From positions 1 through 53,686 of the IMG/VR virus record IMGVR_UViG_3300014491_000004: 53,686 nucleotides of DNA; one strand, given 5' to 3'. Position numbers and translations under genes: made by a program. Shown piece by piece: positions 52,782-53,686 of the stretch; position 1 is the stretch's first letter; every line of letters begins with the position of its first letter. The notes beneath the pieces were generated by a model. The model was not told the origin of the DNA and ran no database searches. It worked only from the letters and a program-made list of their open reading frames with translations. The DNA is from a virus. Taxonomy: Duplodnaviria > Caudoviricetes.

Positions 52782-53264
52782 CGAAATTTTGGCTCGTCCC
52801 AGCGTTCAACTACATGAATCGTACGAGCTTCATTAACAGTAAACATTAAAAAATGGGTCTTTCTCATCGGATGCGTATCTTTCATCCGAAATGAAAAATT
52901 TCGCTTCCGGCCAACGTTCTTGAATAGATTCAATGGTCTTAAGAACGGGGTACGGGATAGGTTTAGTATAAATACGTTGATCCGTATCATTAAAATTACG
53001 CGTAGTAATAATATCTTTGTGTCGAAGAGGCACCCACACCCAATTTGGTCGGCTCACTGAGTCCGTGAGTGATTTCCTACTATGTACTCCAAATTTTGCG
53101 TTAAGGTATCTGATAACATCATGTAAAGGATAGGTAGGCATATCCAACACCATTCCTAACTTCACACATAGGGCTAGGTACTCTTCATCCGGTAATGTCG
53201 CATCCGGCTTAACAGGAACCGGAGGATCATATTTTGATTTTAAACTGAGGTTTAATTGAATCAT
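52778..53264 (-). pseudogene. Hypothetical phage gene broken by a 1-nt frameshift in an A6 run
   Basis: Removing one A from 52848..52853 gives ...DEKDPFLMFTVNEARTIHVVERWDEPKFR*, whose stop overlaps the next ATG. Confidence 0.65.
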
Positions 53265-53370
53265 TTTTAATCCTTATTCGATGCTTTATTTTCTTCGCGT
53301 ATCTGCCCGTTTCGTTGCGATTAAAGTCAAAGATGCCGTTGTTAGCTGTGGCGTAAGTCCGTTATTAGCA

Positions 53371-53685
53371 TTACTTCACCTCCATGGCTTTAAGAGCAAT
53401 CGAAACAAAATCTAATTCTTTACCCATAGCTTTAGCAGTAGAAGCAGCTTTAGCAGCATAAGCAACATACTCAGCATTAGCAGCAGCCCTAGCAGCATAA
53501 TAAGCATTAGCAGCAGAGTAAGCAGCAGCATACTTAGCAGAAGCTTCGGTACGATCCTCCCCGCTTAACCACTTATCTGCCCACTGATTCCAACTTGAGT
53601 CTTTGTAAACTTCTTTAGCACAGAGAATACCAAAGGCTACCTTTTGAACATAGGTTATTTCGGGAAGAGGGATTTTCTTTAGCGT
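53371..53685 (-). CDS. 3' part of an Ala/Tyr-rich repeat protein running off the right edge
   Basis: Open frame TLKKIPLPEIT..QKVAFGILCAKEVY....WNQWADKWLSGEDR..ASAKYAAAYSAANAYYAARAAA...KAMEVK*. Confidence 0.7.
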   Translation of the reverse strand, partial: TLKKIPLPEITYVQKVAFGILCAKEVYKDSSWNQWADKWLSGEDRTEASAKYAAAYSAANAYYAARAAANAEYVAYAAKAASTAKAMGKELDFVSIALKAMEVK

Positions 53686-53686
53686 A

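Noticed and set aside
1-53686. Stop-codon reassignment, tRNA genes, inteins
   Set aside because: Genes are long and tightly packed under the standard code, with TAA, TAG and TGA all used as stops. I saw no cloverleaf with T-loop consensus and no intein splice motifs in the MCP, protease or sheath.

Overview
A 53.7-kb segment of a large, probably jumbo, tailed phage with a contractile tail and the standard genetic code. Most genes lie on the minus strand and form the virion morphogenesis module: neck proteins, tail completion protein, sheath, tube, prohead protease, scaffold, head decoration protein, major capsid protein and fibres. Terminase and portal are not in the window. The module carries many homing endonucleases and their decayed remnants, and an ORF-less group I intron splits the decoration gene after its 8th nucleotide. 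The most striking feature is three giant polyproteins (1543, 1291 and about 2556 aa) embedded among the head genes. They are strings of small modules separated by K-x-A/S sites, which are candidate prohead-protease cut sites. At least 14 divergent SH3/KOW-like barrel modules each end in a QxxLF motif resembling the bacterial beta-clamp-binding motif. Other modules end in a second tag, DxxFLxxMG[IV]. The cargo includes sigma-factor-like, ADP-ribosyltransferase-like, PcfJ-like and nucleotidyltransferase domains. I infer a virion-packaged, proteolytically released and address-tagged set of effectors for host takeover. All family calls are by-eye motif recognition, with no database searches run.
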